A stretch of 37,257 nucleotides of DNA from Barthelona sp. PAP020 (Eukaryota), in NCBI GenBank assembly GCA_040182905.1, contig JARQWU010000079.1:1-37257 (forward strand). Direction: 5' to 3'. Shown here piece by piece: positions 9,052-20,000 of this stretch. The translations under genes were made by a program, and so were the position numbers. The notes beneath the pieces were generated by a model that had not been told where the DNA came from, ran no database searches, and worked only from the letters and a program-made list of their open reading frames with translations. How positions within the stretch are numbered: position 1 is the first letter of the stretch; every line of letters starts with the position of its first letter.

Positions 9052-12000
9052 ATGGACACATTGCCGATTATAATAACAGCGGTGTTTTATATATCTGCAC
9101 TTGCTAGTTGTTTAATATTGATCAAAACTGAATCTTCATTTCCATTTACAAAACAATTTCACAAAGCCACAAATACTTCTTATATCTGGTCAATATTAAT
9201 GTATGTTTTTGCTGGGATTGCATTTGTGAGTATAATTGCGGATGTAATTCTTTTAAAAGACAATTTTTATACTCTAGTTAGTTCTGTTTTTACTGGTGTT
9301 GTATTATTTTTCTTTGCCATTGGTCTGATTATTTTTTATTTCGAAAAATTTAGAATGGTAAGAGGAGCATTTTTTTTGGTGGTCTCTTTTATTTTTTTGA
9401 TGGGTGTTTTTATTGTTTGGAATTTGATGACAACTTTCAATTTTACTATGACTTATTGTGTATATTCGATCATATTTTTGTTAAGTTATGCGATGTTTTC
9501 ATTTCAGCATGGATCATATATAGATTTAGAAGCGATGGCGATTGATTCTGTTGTAGGGAAAGATAAAGTGAAGCGTATTAACAGGGAATCATCCGTATTA
9601 GTGCAAACTGGGTTTCGTTCATTGTTATTTGGAACTGATATTGCAATTTTAGTCGTTGTGTTTGTTCGTGGTACTTCTACTCAATTTATTGAAGCTTGTA
9701 CTGCTGTATTTACGTGTATGGTTGTTGCTTTTGTTATCATCACCACAAATATGGAGTCTTTGCGCAACAATCCCGTTCGAGGGTTTGTTGTTCTAACGAT
9801 CTTGAGGATTTTGATTGTATTATTTGGCGAAGAATACATGTTAGTTTTATGTACCTTTATTTTATGTCTCTGTGCATTAGCCTTCTTAGTTTATAATATT
9901 CTTACGAGTTATTCTTCTTGGGGAAACCTTAGAAATATCAATGATGGTGTAAAAGCATTGGGATTGGAGCAGAAGTCGTCTTCGATAACTTCTAGAAGAG
10001 AAGAAGTGATGAGTTGGATAGGCTCGAATACCTTTGGTTTTATTTTTTTTGGGATTGTGATAGTTTTTGCTATCATTTCCAGCATTATATTGGAGGCCTT
10101 AGGGTTGTATACAACCCCTAAATATACGTTGTTTGGACAAGAGTTTGATTGTGTTGGATTATCCATAATTTTATTTGTTACCTCGTTATTATTCTCAACT
10201 CAATTACCGGTAATTGTTGTTTTGTTTAATTTTCCACATGAACAACATCAGAATTTCTTGAAAAAGTACCAGAGAAAGACTATGTTCACTTCTGCTTCGA
10301 GTACTGGTTCTAAAAACAAATTATCTGTGCAAACTCCATTGAAGCCAAAGAAATCAATTGGTGCTGAATCAGCTGATTTGAATAAGTCCTCTTTAAACAA
10401 GGAATTGTCAATTCCTGAGCTTCAAAAGATGAATGAAGAAGAAAACTCAGATTATGCTTATGTAGTGACTTACATTAAGAGTTATTTTTTCTATTTTTTT
10501 GTTGGTATTGTTCCTTTAGTTTTGATAGCGTTAATTGGGTTAATATTCATTGGATTCAATTTGTTAGATTTGAGCATTATTTGCTTTCCATTGTTTATTA
10601 CCTCTTTCTTAACAACAGTATATTTGTTGAATCTGCTAGACGGAGAATTAAATATTAAGCAGTTTGAAGTCATGTATACCAATATTTTACCTTTTAAATT
10701 GCTTTCTAGGTTTTGTTACGCTGTCTATTATCCTGGTTTTGTGTTTATCGGAGGGTTAGGCGTTTACATATTTTTTGCTGGTTCAACAAGAACCTATATG
10801 AATTTTGTTTTCATTTCAATATGGTTGATCTTGTATTTTGTTGTCCTTCCATTATTTCAATCTTATAAGATTGGTAAATTCCGACTTCTTTCCATAATTT
10901 TTTTGATTGTTGGTGGATGTGCTTTGTTTGGGATTGGTTATGTCCTTTATTTGATGGTTGATATGAGATTGAAGGATCTTGTCATGAGTATTGGAGTTTG
11001 TATATGGGTAATGATTTGGATGTACATTGGATTGCAGATGTTTGATCAAAATCGTCGTAAATTGGGTATCTTTTTGCTCATATTGGCTATCGGACCTTTA
11101 TTGGGTACTTATGGATATATGGCAGTTAAATCTGTTGATTTCAATCAAATGGGTGGAGGAGGAGATGCGCCTACAAATACAACTATTCCAAGCAACACAA
11201 CAGCTCCAGACAATACAACAGCTCCAGGGAATACGACAATTCCAAGTGGTGATGATACTTCAGGCCAGTTAAGTATGTTGGCTGACTTCACACAAAGTGT
11301 TTTATTGGAATTCTGCGGTATCATCATACTGATAAAAATTGCCAGACAAAGGCGTGAGAAGGTAAATACGAAGAAGTTTTCTGTGAGTTTCTTGGATATA
11401 TTGTTGATATGTGTTGCAATAGGGTTTGCAGTTTTGTACTTTATTAATGATCAGTCACTGGCGAAGGTAATTGTTACGCCTTCTTTCATCATTGTCATTT
11501 ATTATTTGATAATTGGAGTCATTGAATTTCCCATACTGAATTTGTCTAATGAACTTTTTTTCAGAACGCCTACGTTATATCCAGTGTATCGATATTCAGC
11601 TTCTGATCAAAAATATTATTCCGCCAGCCTATCGTTCAGTAAGTTATTTTTACCACCTATTTTTTTAGTGATTATCTGTTTATATGCTTATGTTGAGACA
11701 ATTTATTCCACAATTGTACCATGGCTATTGATATTTGCTGTATCTTGGAATTGTATAATCTTTTTAACTGTATTACGTTTGAATACTAATCAATTTAATG
11801 AGATAAAGTCATTTATTGATGAAGATACATATCGAAATGCAGCAATGTTAGCATCAAGACATATCACCATTGTACCTTTTGAAAAGAATGGAGGAATGGG
11901 AAGTCAAGCATCTTCCCGATTATCTTTACATGAGAAATCAGACATTAACCTTGACCAAAAGATTAAAGAAGGCTTGATTGATACTGAAGATTCAGGAAAC

Positions 12001-14571
12001 TTAACTAAATTACAATTAGTTGAGAAGAATTTGTTAAAATTAAGCGAAGATTTAATTGTTATTTGCGGTAAATCGAAAGATTCTGCTGAAAATCCTCAAA
12101 ACAATGAAAATGTGTATCAAGACACCTTAAAATTCGTTACACCAGACTCCATCAATTTAATACCAGAAGAAGAAGATGATGATTTGTCACAAGTTTCTGA
12201 TATTGATGTTTCAGGAGATGACATAATGGATCTACCCGGTTTTAGTGGAAATGAGATCTTTAGTCGTGAACCTTCACCAGGAACTCAAAGATTTAGTCAA
12301 AGAATGAGTCAAAGAATGAGTCATAGAGGTAATAGTAATAGTGAGAGTGATATTGACACCTTTTTTGGGCATTTTAAAAACATTAGTCGTAAGCAAAAGG
12401 ATGATAAGCAAATACTATTGGAAAGAATCCAAATGATGAATGAAAAAAAGGATAAAATTTTTTCACAAATGTGGGAGTTATTGAGTTTGAGCAGAGAGTT
12501 ACATTTACAGCAATGTAAGTTTGTAGCGTTGTTTTTTAATAATTTGCTCGACTTAACTCGTCAAAGAAGACAAGATGAAAATGCGAAGATTGCTAAGTTC
12601 TGTAGAAGTATTGGTCGTGAGTTTTCAACGGATATGACATTGAAAGAGCGTGAAGAGTTGTTGGTTGAATATAAAGAATGGGAAGAGTTAATGGAACAAA
12701 AGGCTATTGAGGCTGAAACTTTAAGGATTCAAACTGAAATGGAATTAGAAATTAAGAAAAAACAGGCGATTGATAACATCCAGAAACAGAAGCAAAGAGC
12801 TGAACGCTATAGCAATGAGAGCATTGAAGATTTACTTGATAATATTTGCATGCATGCTGAAAAAGAAGAAGAGTTATCACATGAAGATAGAGAAGTTCGG
12901 AAAAAAAGGCATAAACGTATCAGTGCATTGAAGAAACAATTACAGAGTAATAATAAGAAACTTCAGCAATTGAATAAACGTTTATTCCAGTATGATAAGT
13001 ATCTTGTTGAATATCCTTATGAAGCAGTTTCTTCTTTCCATCTTCAACATATGACTTTTGAAGACAAGATTGAAAAGTTGAAAGTGAAGATGATTGAAAT
13101 GACGCATGAACTCCCTAATTCACCTGATTCTGATTTGTCAAAGATACATCGTCAATTAAAGAAAATAGATGAAAAATTAGACTCTTATAAGAATCAATTG
13201 GGCAAATTAAGAAATTCCTTTAAACAGCAAGCAAAGAGACCTTCTTCAAAGATGTCTCAAGCTGAAATTGAAGGAAACGTAACTTACTATCGTCAATTAC
13301 GCAAATTGAAACAAGAAAACAGAATTTTTGAGGACAAAGAGTTCACCAATGAGGATGCTTTTGGAATGTTAAAGATGGAATTCCCCAATGTTGAATGGAA
13401 ACATGTTACTGATCCAGTATTATATCAAGAAAATTCTATTGAATCAATCGTTCATGGTTTAATTCAAGATGAGTGGTTATTAGATGCTATTTCTGTATTG
13501 ATGGATGATGATCATGCCTACAAATGTATTGTTAAATATGATTTGGATGTTTCCATCTTTTTGGTCCAGTTAAAGTTTGATTCTCAGAATGTGTATATTG
13601 TGGTTGATGGTTGTTTGCCATTTTATCAAAATAACCATCTTTTAACCCACAGTATTCATCCAAAGGATATTTGGATACCTATTATTGAAAAGGCTGTTGC
13701 TAAATTGTATGGTTCTTTTGATGCTATTGCGAATAATTTTACCATTAACGAAGGTGTTTCTTTATTGAGTAGTGGTTTTTCAAAGCCGATGGAGATTGCT
13801 CAACACAAGTTCTTCTGGAACTCTTTGCAACAAAGAGTTGGAAAATGCGAATATACTTTTTTCTGTTCTTCCAAAGTAATTTCAAATGTTGGAGAGTTGA
13901 ATGATGGTCTCATACAAGGAGGGTCTTTTGTTATTCTTGATACATATGAAGTTTTGAATGAGGGTAAGTTGGTTAAGTTGTTAAAGATGAAACATGTGCA
14001 TGAGAGTTGTGTTTGGACTGGAGAATGGAGCAATTATTCGATGATCTGGAATAGAAGGTTGAAAAAACAGGTTGATTTTGAGTCATGTAGAAACTTCGAG
14101 TTTTTTATTGCTTTTTCAGATTTTCAACGAGAATTTATCAACTTGTTTCAACACATTCATGTGGAACATATGTACAGTGCTTTTGCAAATGGTAAATGGG
14201 AAGGAGAGAAGTGTCAAACAATCAGCTCGGATAAAATTTGGAAAGCTCCTCAATTTGAGATCGAGTTTGTTCAACCACCAGATGTTGTTTATTTAACGGT
14301 GATGATCTATTCCAAAATTCCAAGAGAAATTGCTCCATGTTTCATATATCATAGTAATCCTGGGTTGGTAAAAAATTCTTTTGAGTTTGAAGTTGTTCAA
14401 CCACCAGAATTGGAATACGGTAGTCAAATTGTAGTTCAAATTCCGATTTTAGGAGCAAATGATCAAAGTATTACTTTGATACCATTGCTTTCAAACGAAA
14501 ATGCAGAAGGGTCATTTTCAATAGCCGCCTTCAATGCAGAATGTCCCATTATTGTCAATGCGTTGAATTGA
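9052..14571 (+). CDS. Multi-pass membrane calpain-like protein (DEK1-like architecture), predicted catalytically inactive, 1839 aa
   Basis: About 20 hydrophobic segments (by eye) in the first ~910 aa, then an acidic linker and coiled coil. CysPc motifs FEDKEF, IVVDGCLP, IWIPIIEKAVAKLYGSF, WTGEWS and FFIAFSDF, then a domain III/C2L-like end (GKW...KAPQF). The Cys, His and Asn positions are substituted. Confidence 0.85.
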   Translation: MDTLPIIITAVFYISALASCLILIKTESSFPFTKQFHKATNTSYIWSILMYVFAGIAFVSIIADVILLKDNFYTLVSSVFTGVVLFFFAIGLIIFYFEKFRMVRGAFFLVVSFIFLMGVFIVWNLMTTFNFTMTYCVYSIIFLLSYAMFSFQHGSYIDLEAMAIDSVVGKDKVKRINRESSVLVQTGFRSLLFGTDIAILVVVFVRGTSTQFIEACTAVFTCMVVAFVIITTNMESLRNNPVRGFVVLTILRILIVLFGEEYMLVLCTFILCLCALAFLVYNILTSYSSWGNLRNINDGVKALGLEQKSSSITSRREEVMSWIGSNTFGFIFFGIVIVFAIISSIILEALGLYTTPKYTLFGQEFDCVGLSIILFVTSLLFSTQLPVIVVLFNFPHEQHQNFLKKYQRKTMFTSASSTGSKNKLSVQTPLKPKKSIGAESADLNKSSLNKELSIPELQKMNEEENSDYAYVVTYIKSYFFYFFVGIVPLVLIALIGLIFIGFNLLDLSIICFPLFITSFLTTVYLLNLLDGELNIKQFEVMYTNILPFKLLSRFCYAVYYPGFVFIGGLGVYIFFAGSTRTYMNFVFISIWLILYFVVLPLFQSYKIGKFRLLSIIFLIVGGCALFGIGYVLYLMVDMRLKDLVMSIGVCIWVMIWMYIGLQMFDQNRRKLGIFLLILAIGPLLGTYGYMAVKSVDFNQMGGGGDAPTNTTIPSNTTAPDNTTAPGNTTIPSGDDTSGQLSMLADFTQSVLLEFCGIIILIKIARQRREKVNTKKFSVSFLDILLICVAIGFAVLYFINDQSLAKVIVTPSFIIVIYYLIIGVIEFPILNLSNELFFRTPTLYPVYRYSASDQKYYSASLSFSKLFLPPIFLVIICLYAYVETIYSTIVPWLLIFAVSWNCIIFLTVLRLNTNQFNEIKSFIDEDTYRNAAMLASRHITIVPFEKNGGMGSQASSRLSLHEKSDINLDQKIKEGLIDTEDSGNLTKLQLVEKNLLKLSEDLIVICGKSKDSAENPQNNENVYQDTLKFVTPDSINLIPEEEDDDLSQVSDIDVSGDDIMDLPGFSGNEIFSREPSPGTQRFSQRMSQRMSHRGNSNSESDIDTFFGHFKNISRKQKDDKQILLERIQMMNEKKDKIFSQMWELLSLSRELHLQQCKFVALFFNNLLDLTRQRRQDENAKIAKFCRSIGREFSTDMTLKEREELLVEYKEWEELMEQKAIEAETLRIQTEMELEIKKKQAIDNIQKQKQRAERYSNESIEDLLDNICMHAEKEEELSHEDREVRKKRHKRISALKKQLQSNNKKLQQLNKRLFQYDKYLVEYPYEAVSSFHLQHMTFEDKIEKLKVKMIEMTHELPNSPDSDLSKIHRQLKKIDEKLDSYKNQLGKLRNSFKQQAKRPSSKMSQAEIEGNVTYYRQLRKLKQENRIFEDKEFTNEDAFGMLKMEFPNVEWKHVTDPVLYQENSIESIVHGLIQDEWLLDAISVLMDDDHAYKCIVKYDLDVSIFLVQLKFDSQNVYIVVDGCLPFYQNNHLLTHSIHPKDIWIPIIEKAVAKLYGSFDAIANNFTINEGVSLLSSGFSKPMEIAQHKFFWNSLQQRVGKCEYTFFCSSKVISNVGELNDGLIQGGSFVILDTYEVLNEGKLVKLLKMKHVHESCVWTGEWSNYSMIWNRRLKKQVDFESCRNFEFFIAFSDFQREFINLFQHIHVEHMYSAFANGKWEGEKCQTISSDKIWKAPQFEIEFVQPPDVVYLTVMIYSKIPREIAPCFIYHSNPGLVKNSFEFEVVQPPELEYGSQIVVQIPILGANDQSITLIPLLSNENAEGSFSIAAFNAECPIIVNALN
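11170..11241 (+). repeat. Four 18-bp coding tandem repeats (P-x-N-T-T-[IA])
   Basis: PTNTTI PSNTTA PDNTTA PGNTTI in a loop between hydrophobic segments; each unit contains an N-x-T sequon. Confidence 0.9.
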
Positions 14572-14721
14572 ATCACAATTAATTTTTGAATATTTTAAAG
14601 GCTGTTTTTTCGAAACAACCATGTATATGACCACATATTCATGTGATATAAAGATTGGTCAAAAATAAAAGCATAAATATTTATTTATTTGTTTTTTATC
14701 ATTATTATATAAAAACTGTTA

Positions 14722-15186
14722 TTACAATATTCTCTGAACACCACTAGAAATACCACGCTTGAATAACCATTGTCCACCAGGAATGAAACTTAAAATAAAC
14801 CAGACAACAGCAGCCAATTCAAGGAGAATTGCAAAAAACGTTAATAAGGCAGATTTCCAAACGAACGAACATATGAAACATAATATGATTGAACCAACTA
14901 ATAATAAGGTTGAAATTAAACTACGAGGTTGGAAAATAATTTTAATACATCTCCAAGGTCCAATCAACATGGCAATAGCCACAAGAACACATATATTACC
15001 AAAAGTAAATGGAATAGCAAATGCTCCTGGTTTTATTGCAATGGCAGAAATTGTAAAGGTTGATAAAAACATACTTAAAAATCCAAGTACAATAGCACCA
15101 ATGCAAATATAAAATCTTGTTGATTTTTTTAAAGACAACATATCATCTAAATTGGATACTGTGTCATCATCCCAAAAGAATCCCAT
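14722..15186 (-). CDS. SFT2: SFT2/Got1-family vesicle transport protein, 154 aa
   Basis: First ATG at 15186. Four hydrophobic helices; motifs LSLKKSTRF, PGAFAIPFTFGNI, LIGPW and WFILSFIPGG. Confidence 0.92.
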   Translation of the reverse strand: MGFFWDDDTVSNLDDMLSLKKSTRFYICIGAIVLGFLSMFLSTFTISAIAIKPGAFAIPFTFGNICVLVAIAMLIGPWRCIKIIFQPRSLISTLLLVGSIILCFICSFVWKSALLTFFAILLELAAVVWFILSFIPGGQWLFKRGISSGVQRIL

Positions 15187-15418
15187 TTTCAAAAAAAATT
15201 AAAGAAAAAAACGATTGATGATAAATGATTAATTTATACTTTTTATTTTTTAAAAGGAAGGAACATAAAAATTTATAAAATTTAATATGTAAAAAATGCA
15301 AGAAGGAAGAAAATGGAAAAAAAAATGAGAAAAGGAAAAAAAGTATTATTTTTAGACTGGTTAGGTTAATAATCTATATTTATAATATAATATATTTTTC
15401 ATATATATATGATAAGTG

Positions 15419-16810
15419 ATGGGATGTTCTAAATCAAAACCAGACGATGTATACATAGAAAAAGCATTGAGTATTGAATCATATTTTTCAAAAAAATTTT
15501 TAGATGAAGTGTTTCTGTTGGAATATTTGACTAAATTATTTTTATATCATGAGGCAATAGATATTAACAATTTCAATGAATATAGTGAATTTTCTGTTGA
15601 AGTTTTATTTGAATGTAAACCTTCTGTCTTGTCACTGAAATTGTTTTGTAATTTATTTTTTCCCAAATTGGAGATGGCTATTCCCAAAGATTTTTGTTTT
15701 TCTCCAAATGATCCTGATTTCTTGAAATTAATTGAGTATCAAAAGGCAGGAAGGATGATTTATCCACTACTCAATAATTTACATTGTTCTCAACTATTTG
15801 GTGATACTTATGTTGGAACAGTTGAAATTTTGAATGAGATGAATTGCAAATACTTTTGGTTGAGTTCTAGAACTTCAAATAAAGCATTTTCTTCGTTTAA
15901 TGAAATTGAAAATTGCGTTTTTACCAATAGTATTTTGAAACCTTCCATGTATGAGCATTTAAAGTTTATTAGAATCGAATTGTTTGCTGAAGAAGAAGAA
16001 GGTTGGGAAGTCATTCCAGATACTTTTGATTCCTTTTTAATTGTACAATTGACTGTTGATAATGAACCTTCGACTCTATTAATGGATAAATTGATATCAA
16101 ATTCAAGTCGAATTCTCTATTTAGAGATCGACTCCACGTTTTCGTTGAAGTCCTTACCTCGAGCTGTGTTATCGATGGTATCCACTGTTTCCTGTTCAGC
16201 ATCTGCTTTGGATTGTGATTCTGCCCACCTTGAATCGTTGGAAATTTTGTCGATATCAAGACCTATTGAATTAAAGTTCTTAAGAAGGGCATTAAATCTA
16301 CGCTGTTTAAAATTATTGGAAATTCATGATACTAGCGTTTTAAATGAGTTGTCATTGTGTGATATTTCAATACTTTTACTTGAGACAGATCAAAAATTGA
16401 ATTGTGCTGAACCAATAAACCTCCCAAATTTGACGTTGTTACAATTGAATATTCCTGTTTTGTATTTAGAATCATACATTTTAGCATTTACAGAGGTAAT
16501 TCCTCAAATTTCTTTGAAGTATGACACAAAGGATGAAGAGTTAGTCTCAAGTATATTCACAAATTTGGTGGAGAAACATCAGCATTTAAAGAATTCATTA
16601 TTTGCCATTACCTCTCATGTTTCTGTTACAGTTCCCAGCAGTTTAGGACAATTTTTAATGTATCTACCATCAGCTAAAAATTGCTTTTTGACTTTAGACA
16701 AATTAGGGCCATTTGATGATGAAATCATTTTGGATTCATGGAAAAAGAATGGTTTCTCAGGTATATTTGCGGTAGGTTCAGGTAATAACACTGAATATAG
16801 GGTAATTTAG
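15419..16810 (+). CDS. Hypothetical N-acylated protein with degenerate LRR-like repeats, 463 aa
   Basis: The ATG at 15419 gives MGCSKSK, a myristoylation/palmitoylation pattern. LxxLxL segments: LESLEILSI, LNLRCLKLL, LPNLTLLQLN. Function unknown. Confidence 0.7.
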   Translation: MGCSKSKPDDVYIEKALSIESYFSKKFLDEVFLLEYLTKLFLYHEAIDINNFNEYSEFSVEVLFECKPSVLSLKLFCNLFFPKLEMAIPKDFCFSPNDPDFLKLIEYQKAGRMIYPLLNNLHCSQLFGDTYVGTVEILNEMNCKYFWLSSRTSNKAFSSFNEIENCVFTNSILKPSMYEHLKFIRIELFAEEEEGWEVIPDTFDSFLIVQLTVDNEPSTLLMDKLISNSSRILYLEIDSTFSLKSLPRAVLSMVSTVSCSASALDCDSAHLESLEILSISRPIELKFLRRALNLRCLKLLEIHDTSVLNELSLCDISILLLETDQKLNCAEPINLPNLTLLQLNIPVLYLESYILAFTEVIPQISLKYDTKDEELVSSIFTNLVEKHQHLKNSLFAITSHVSVTVPSSLGQFLMYLPSAKNCFLTLDKLGPFDDEIILDSWKKNGFSGIFAVGSGNNTEYRVI

Positions 16811-17066
16811 AAGATTGAAAGAATCGTAAATTTGAAAAAAAACCTTATCGAATTTTGTAAAAAAAAGTTTTTTTTTTGTTTTTGTTTTTTGTTTTCATCT
16901 TTAAAATGAGGGAAAAAACTTAACACAATAAGTTGATTAACAAAAAGAATTCATTTGTAAAAAAAAAAAAAGAATTTCTCGATTTTTAATCTGAATGATT
17001 TCCCTGCATTATCCTCAATAAATAAAAAAGAAAATTTACAAATAAAGTTTATTAAATTTGACATAT

Positions 17067-20000
17067 TTAAAAACGATTGACGATGATACTCTTACATTTG
17101 TCCACTATGTCTTGTTCACCATTTCTTTGAGCAATTCTTAAAATATCTTGTAAATCACCAAAACTTTGAGCAATACTGGCTTCTTCCAACGCCAAATCAT
17201 ATAATTTGACATCTAATAAGATGTTAACTCTTTGACTTGAATGGGGAATATGTGTGACTGTATTTTTGATTTGACCCAACAATTCGGCCTTTCTGCTTTT
17301 GGTAACATCAATATCATTAAAGGCAACGGCTAATTTATGTACAAAACTGATCAATATTTCGGTTCTATCTGTTGGTGTTAAACAAGAATCAATCATGAAA
17401 AACATGGTCTCCATCAAATTAAAAAAACTGTTATCAACAATAAACAAAACGATAATTGTAAAGGCCTGCAATAGAGTTTGAGATTTAGATTCGATTAGGG
17501 AGATATTATCAAATGATTCTGACTGAATGTTCATTAAAAGATCGATGCTACGATTGATCAACAGATACACAATTAGAAGTAAATAATCAAAATCATCCAA
17601 TAAAAATATGTTTGGGATTCGCTTCGTGCTGGGGGGAAAGAAGCTTAACAACTGAATAACTCCTTGTTTACCCAACAATTTCCACACTTCTTGAATGATT
17701 CTTTCTGATTCCTTTTGTAATCTGAACAAGCGCTTCAACATTCCTACCTTAATAGAACTCGATTCATGTTGCCTATCCATATGGGACAAATGAATACCTA
17801 TTCTCATCAATAACTCATTGCGATATTGCATATCTGCTGGTGTATCACCAGTGATTGTTGAATGTTCAAGAATACAGCATTCTGCGCAAGCTAATGCGGC
17901 GTTAGAAGGCCAATAAAAGAATAATAACATATTAGCTTCAACATAAAACTTTTCTAAGACTAAAAAATTCAATAGCCCATTTGAAATTTGTATTGTGTGT
18001 TCCATTGTTGTAGGCAAACGACTAATCAACTCCACAATACAAGGTAAACCATGCTCAAATAATGGAACAGCCAGTAAATTAATGACAGGAATGTCAATCA
18101 AACTATCTTTATCTTTTTCTTGATATATTGATAAGGGTTGTGTTGAAACAAGCATTTTATGTGGTGTATAAGGCTGAGTCAAGGTTTTACCATACTTCAT
18201 AAGTATTTGAATCAATTCATTCATAGCCTGAGGGCCTTTTTTTGCTAGACAATAAACTGTGAACCAACTTATGCATTCAAAAGATTTTGACTTTTGGAAT
18301 ATGTGTTGTCTTGCGTATTTCTCACTCAAAATAGCATCATATTCAGATTCAATTAAAGAACCTGCAGGAAACTCTTCAGATAAACTTACATCATTCAAAG
18401 CAGAAGAAATACCTAATGGCATTGATTTCATAATGTCTGAGGAATAATTTTGAGAAATGTCCAAATGTGACATACTTTGATGCATTGATATTGTCTTTGT
18501 TAAAGCAAGGTTCAAACCCAAATGTTGAGCGATTTCAAAAATGGTTTTTTCTTGCCAATTAACTTTAAACATCCTTGCAGGTAACGTAATTAAATGATTA
18601 TAAAGCCTAATTGCGAAATCCCAATGATAATGACGTTCTTGAGGTTCTGATAAGGTTTCGAGACATTTCCACAAGTCAATCAAAGATTGACTTGTCAAAG
18701 ACTCAGCGATTTCAACTGATTCTGGTTTTGATTCATCAGTATCAATCTCTACATACCTATTTTTGGGTATTTCATGATCCTTTTTAATTAATGTATCAGT
18801 ACAAACACCTAGAGACGATATAACAATTTGAAACAATGCATTAGCCCTAGGTAAAGAGCCTAAATTATCACTGAAAAAATCGCATAACGTTAGACTCAGT
18901 CGCCATTCACCTAACATTAATAACTGGTCAATGATACGATAAACATCTTTAGTATTTCTCAATGGTAACGGTTTAGTGTGTCCTTGAGCACAAATCCTGA
19001 TCAATAATTTCAGAAAATCGATCAAACGATTCTCAATAATTGGTATAACAATAACAAAATCGCAAAATTCCTCCACATCTGCAGGAACATGTCTAGTAGA
19101 TTTTAAAAGCGTTGCTAACGTTAACAAACGTATCAGAGATAAGGACTGTTCATATATACTTAACATTTCCAAACCATCTTCACTCAAACCAATGGCTATT
19201 GCTACTTTTATAGCATGACCCCAATATTTAGCTGGTAATAGACTAACTATTGATAAAAATAACCCCATATCAGCATAACCGGGATAAGTAAATTGAATTC
19301 GATTCAGTTCATCAACAGATAATTCCCCAGTTAACAAGGGTTGCAAGGGTTGTTTTGTTTCTAGTTTTTGTGACGCGGTATAAATCTTTTGAGATATTGG
19401 AGATTCGAATCTCTTTCCTGTTCTTGGATCAACAAAACGCTTTGCCAGAGGAGTAGCATTGCTAAAAACAGATAAAGGCGTTCTGGGAGTATAAACCCTT
19501 TTTGATTGGTTCAAGCCATCAAAATTTGACTTGCTTGCTGGTGTATAAGGTGTACGAGATGTTGGAACATGATTATATCCAATTTCAACTTGAGATGGTG
19601 TAGTCAAAACATCATCAGTCTTGTTTTCATCTTGATTAGCTTCTTCTTCAGCAATCAATTCCTTTAGACTTTTGTCATATCGGTTCAAGTTATCAAACTG
19701 TAAAGCCTTTAAACTATAAACTAATATTGTCTTATAAAGGATCTTCTGATGCAAGAAAGAGCGTATATCAGATTTAACATGTACTTTAGAAGTTTTCACA
19801 ATTTCTTCCGACAAATCAAATTCGAAAATCTCACCAGGGGATCGACTTTTCATCAACTCTAGAATTCTCGATACTTCTCCAATCTTTCTGCTCATGATCA
19901 GATGTTCAAAGATTGTTGAAGGTTTTGTAATATTTTGGTCATAAATGCTTCTTAAACTTTTTGGCAAACAGAGCAAAATTTTGACTCCATCAAAAGTAGC

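Noticed and set aside
14759..15112. 117-aa ORF antisense to SFT2, and the other short ORFs nested in or antisense to long genes
   Set aside because: Shadow ORFs produced by the codon bias of the real gene; no independent motifs.
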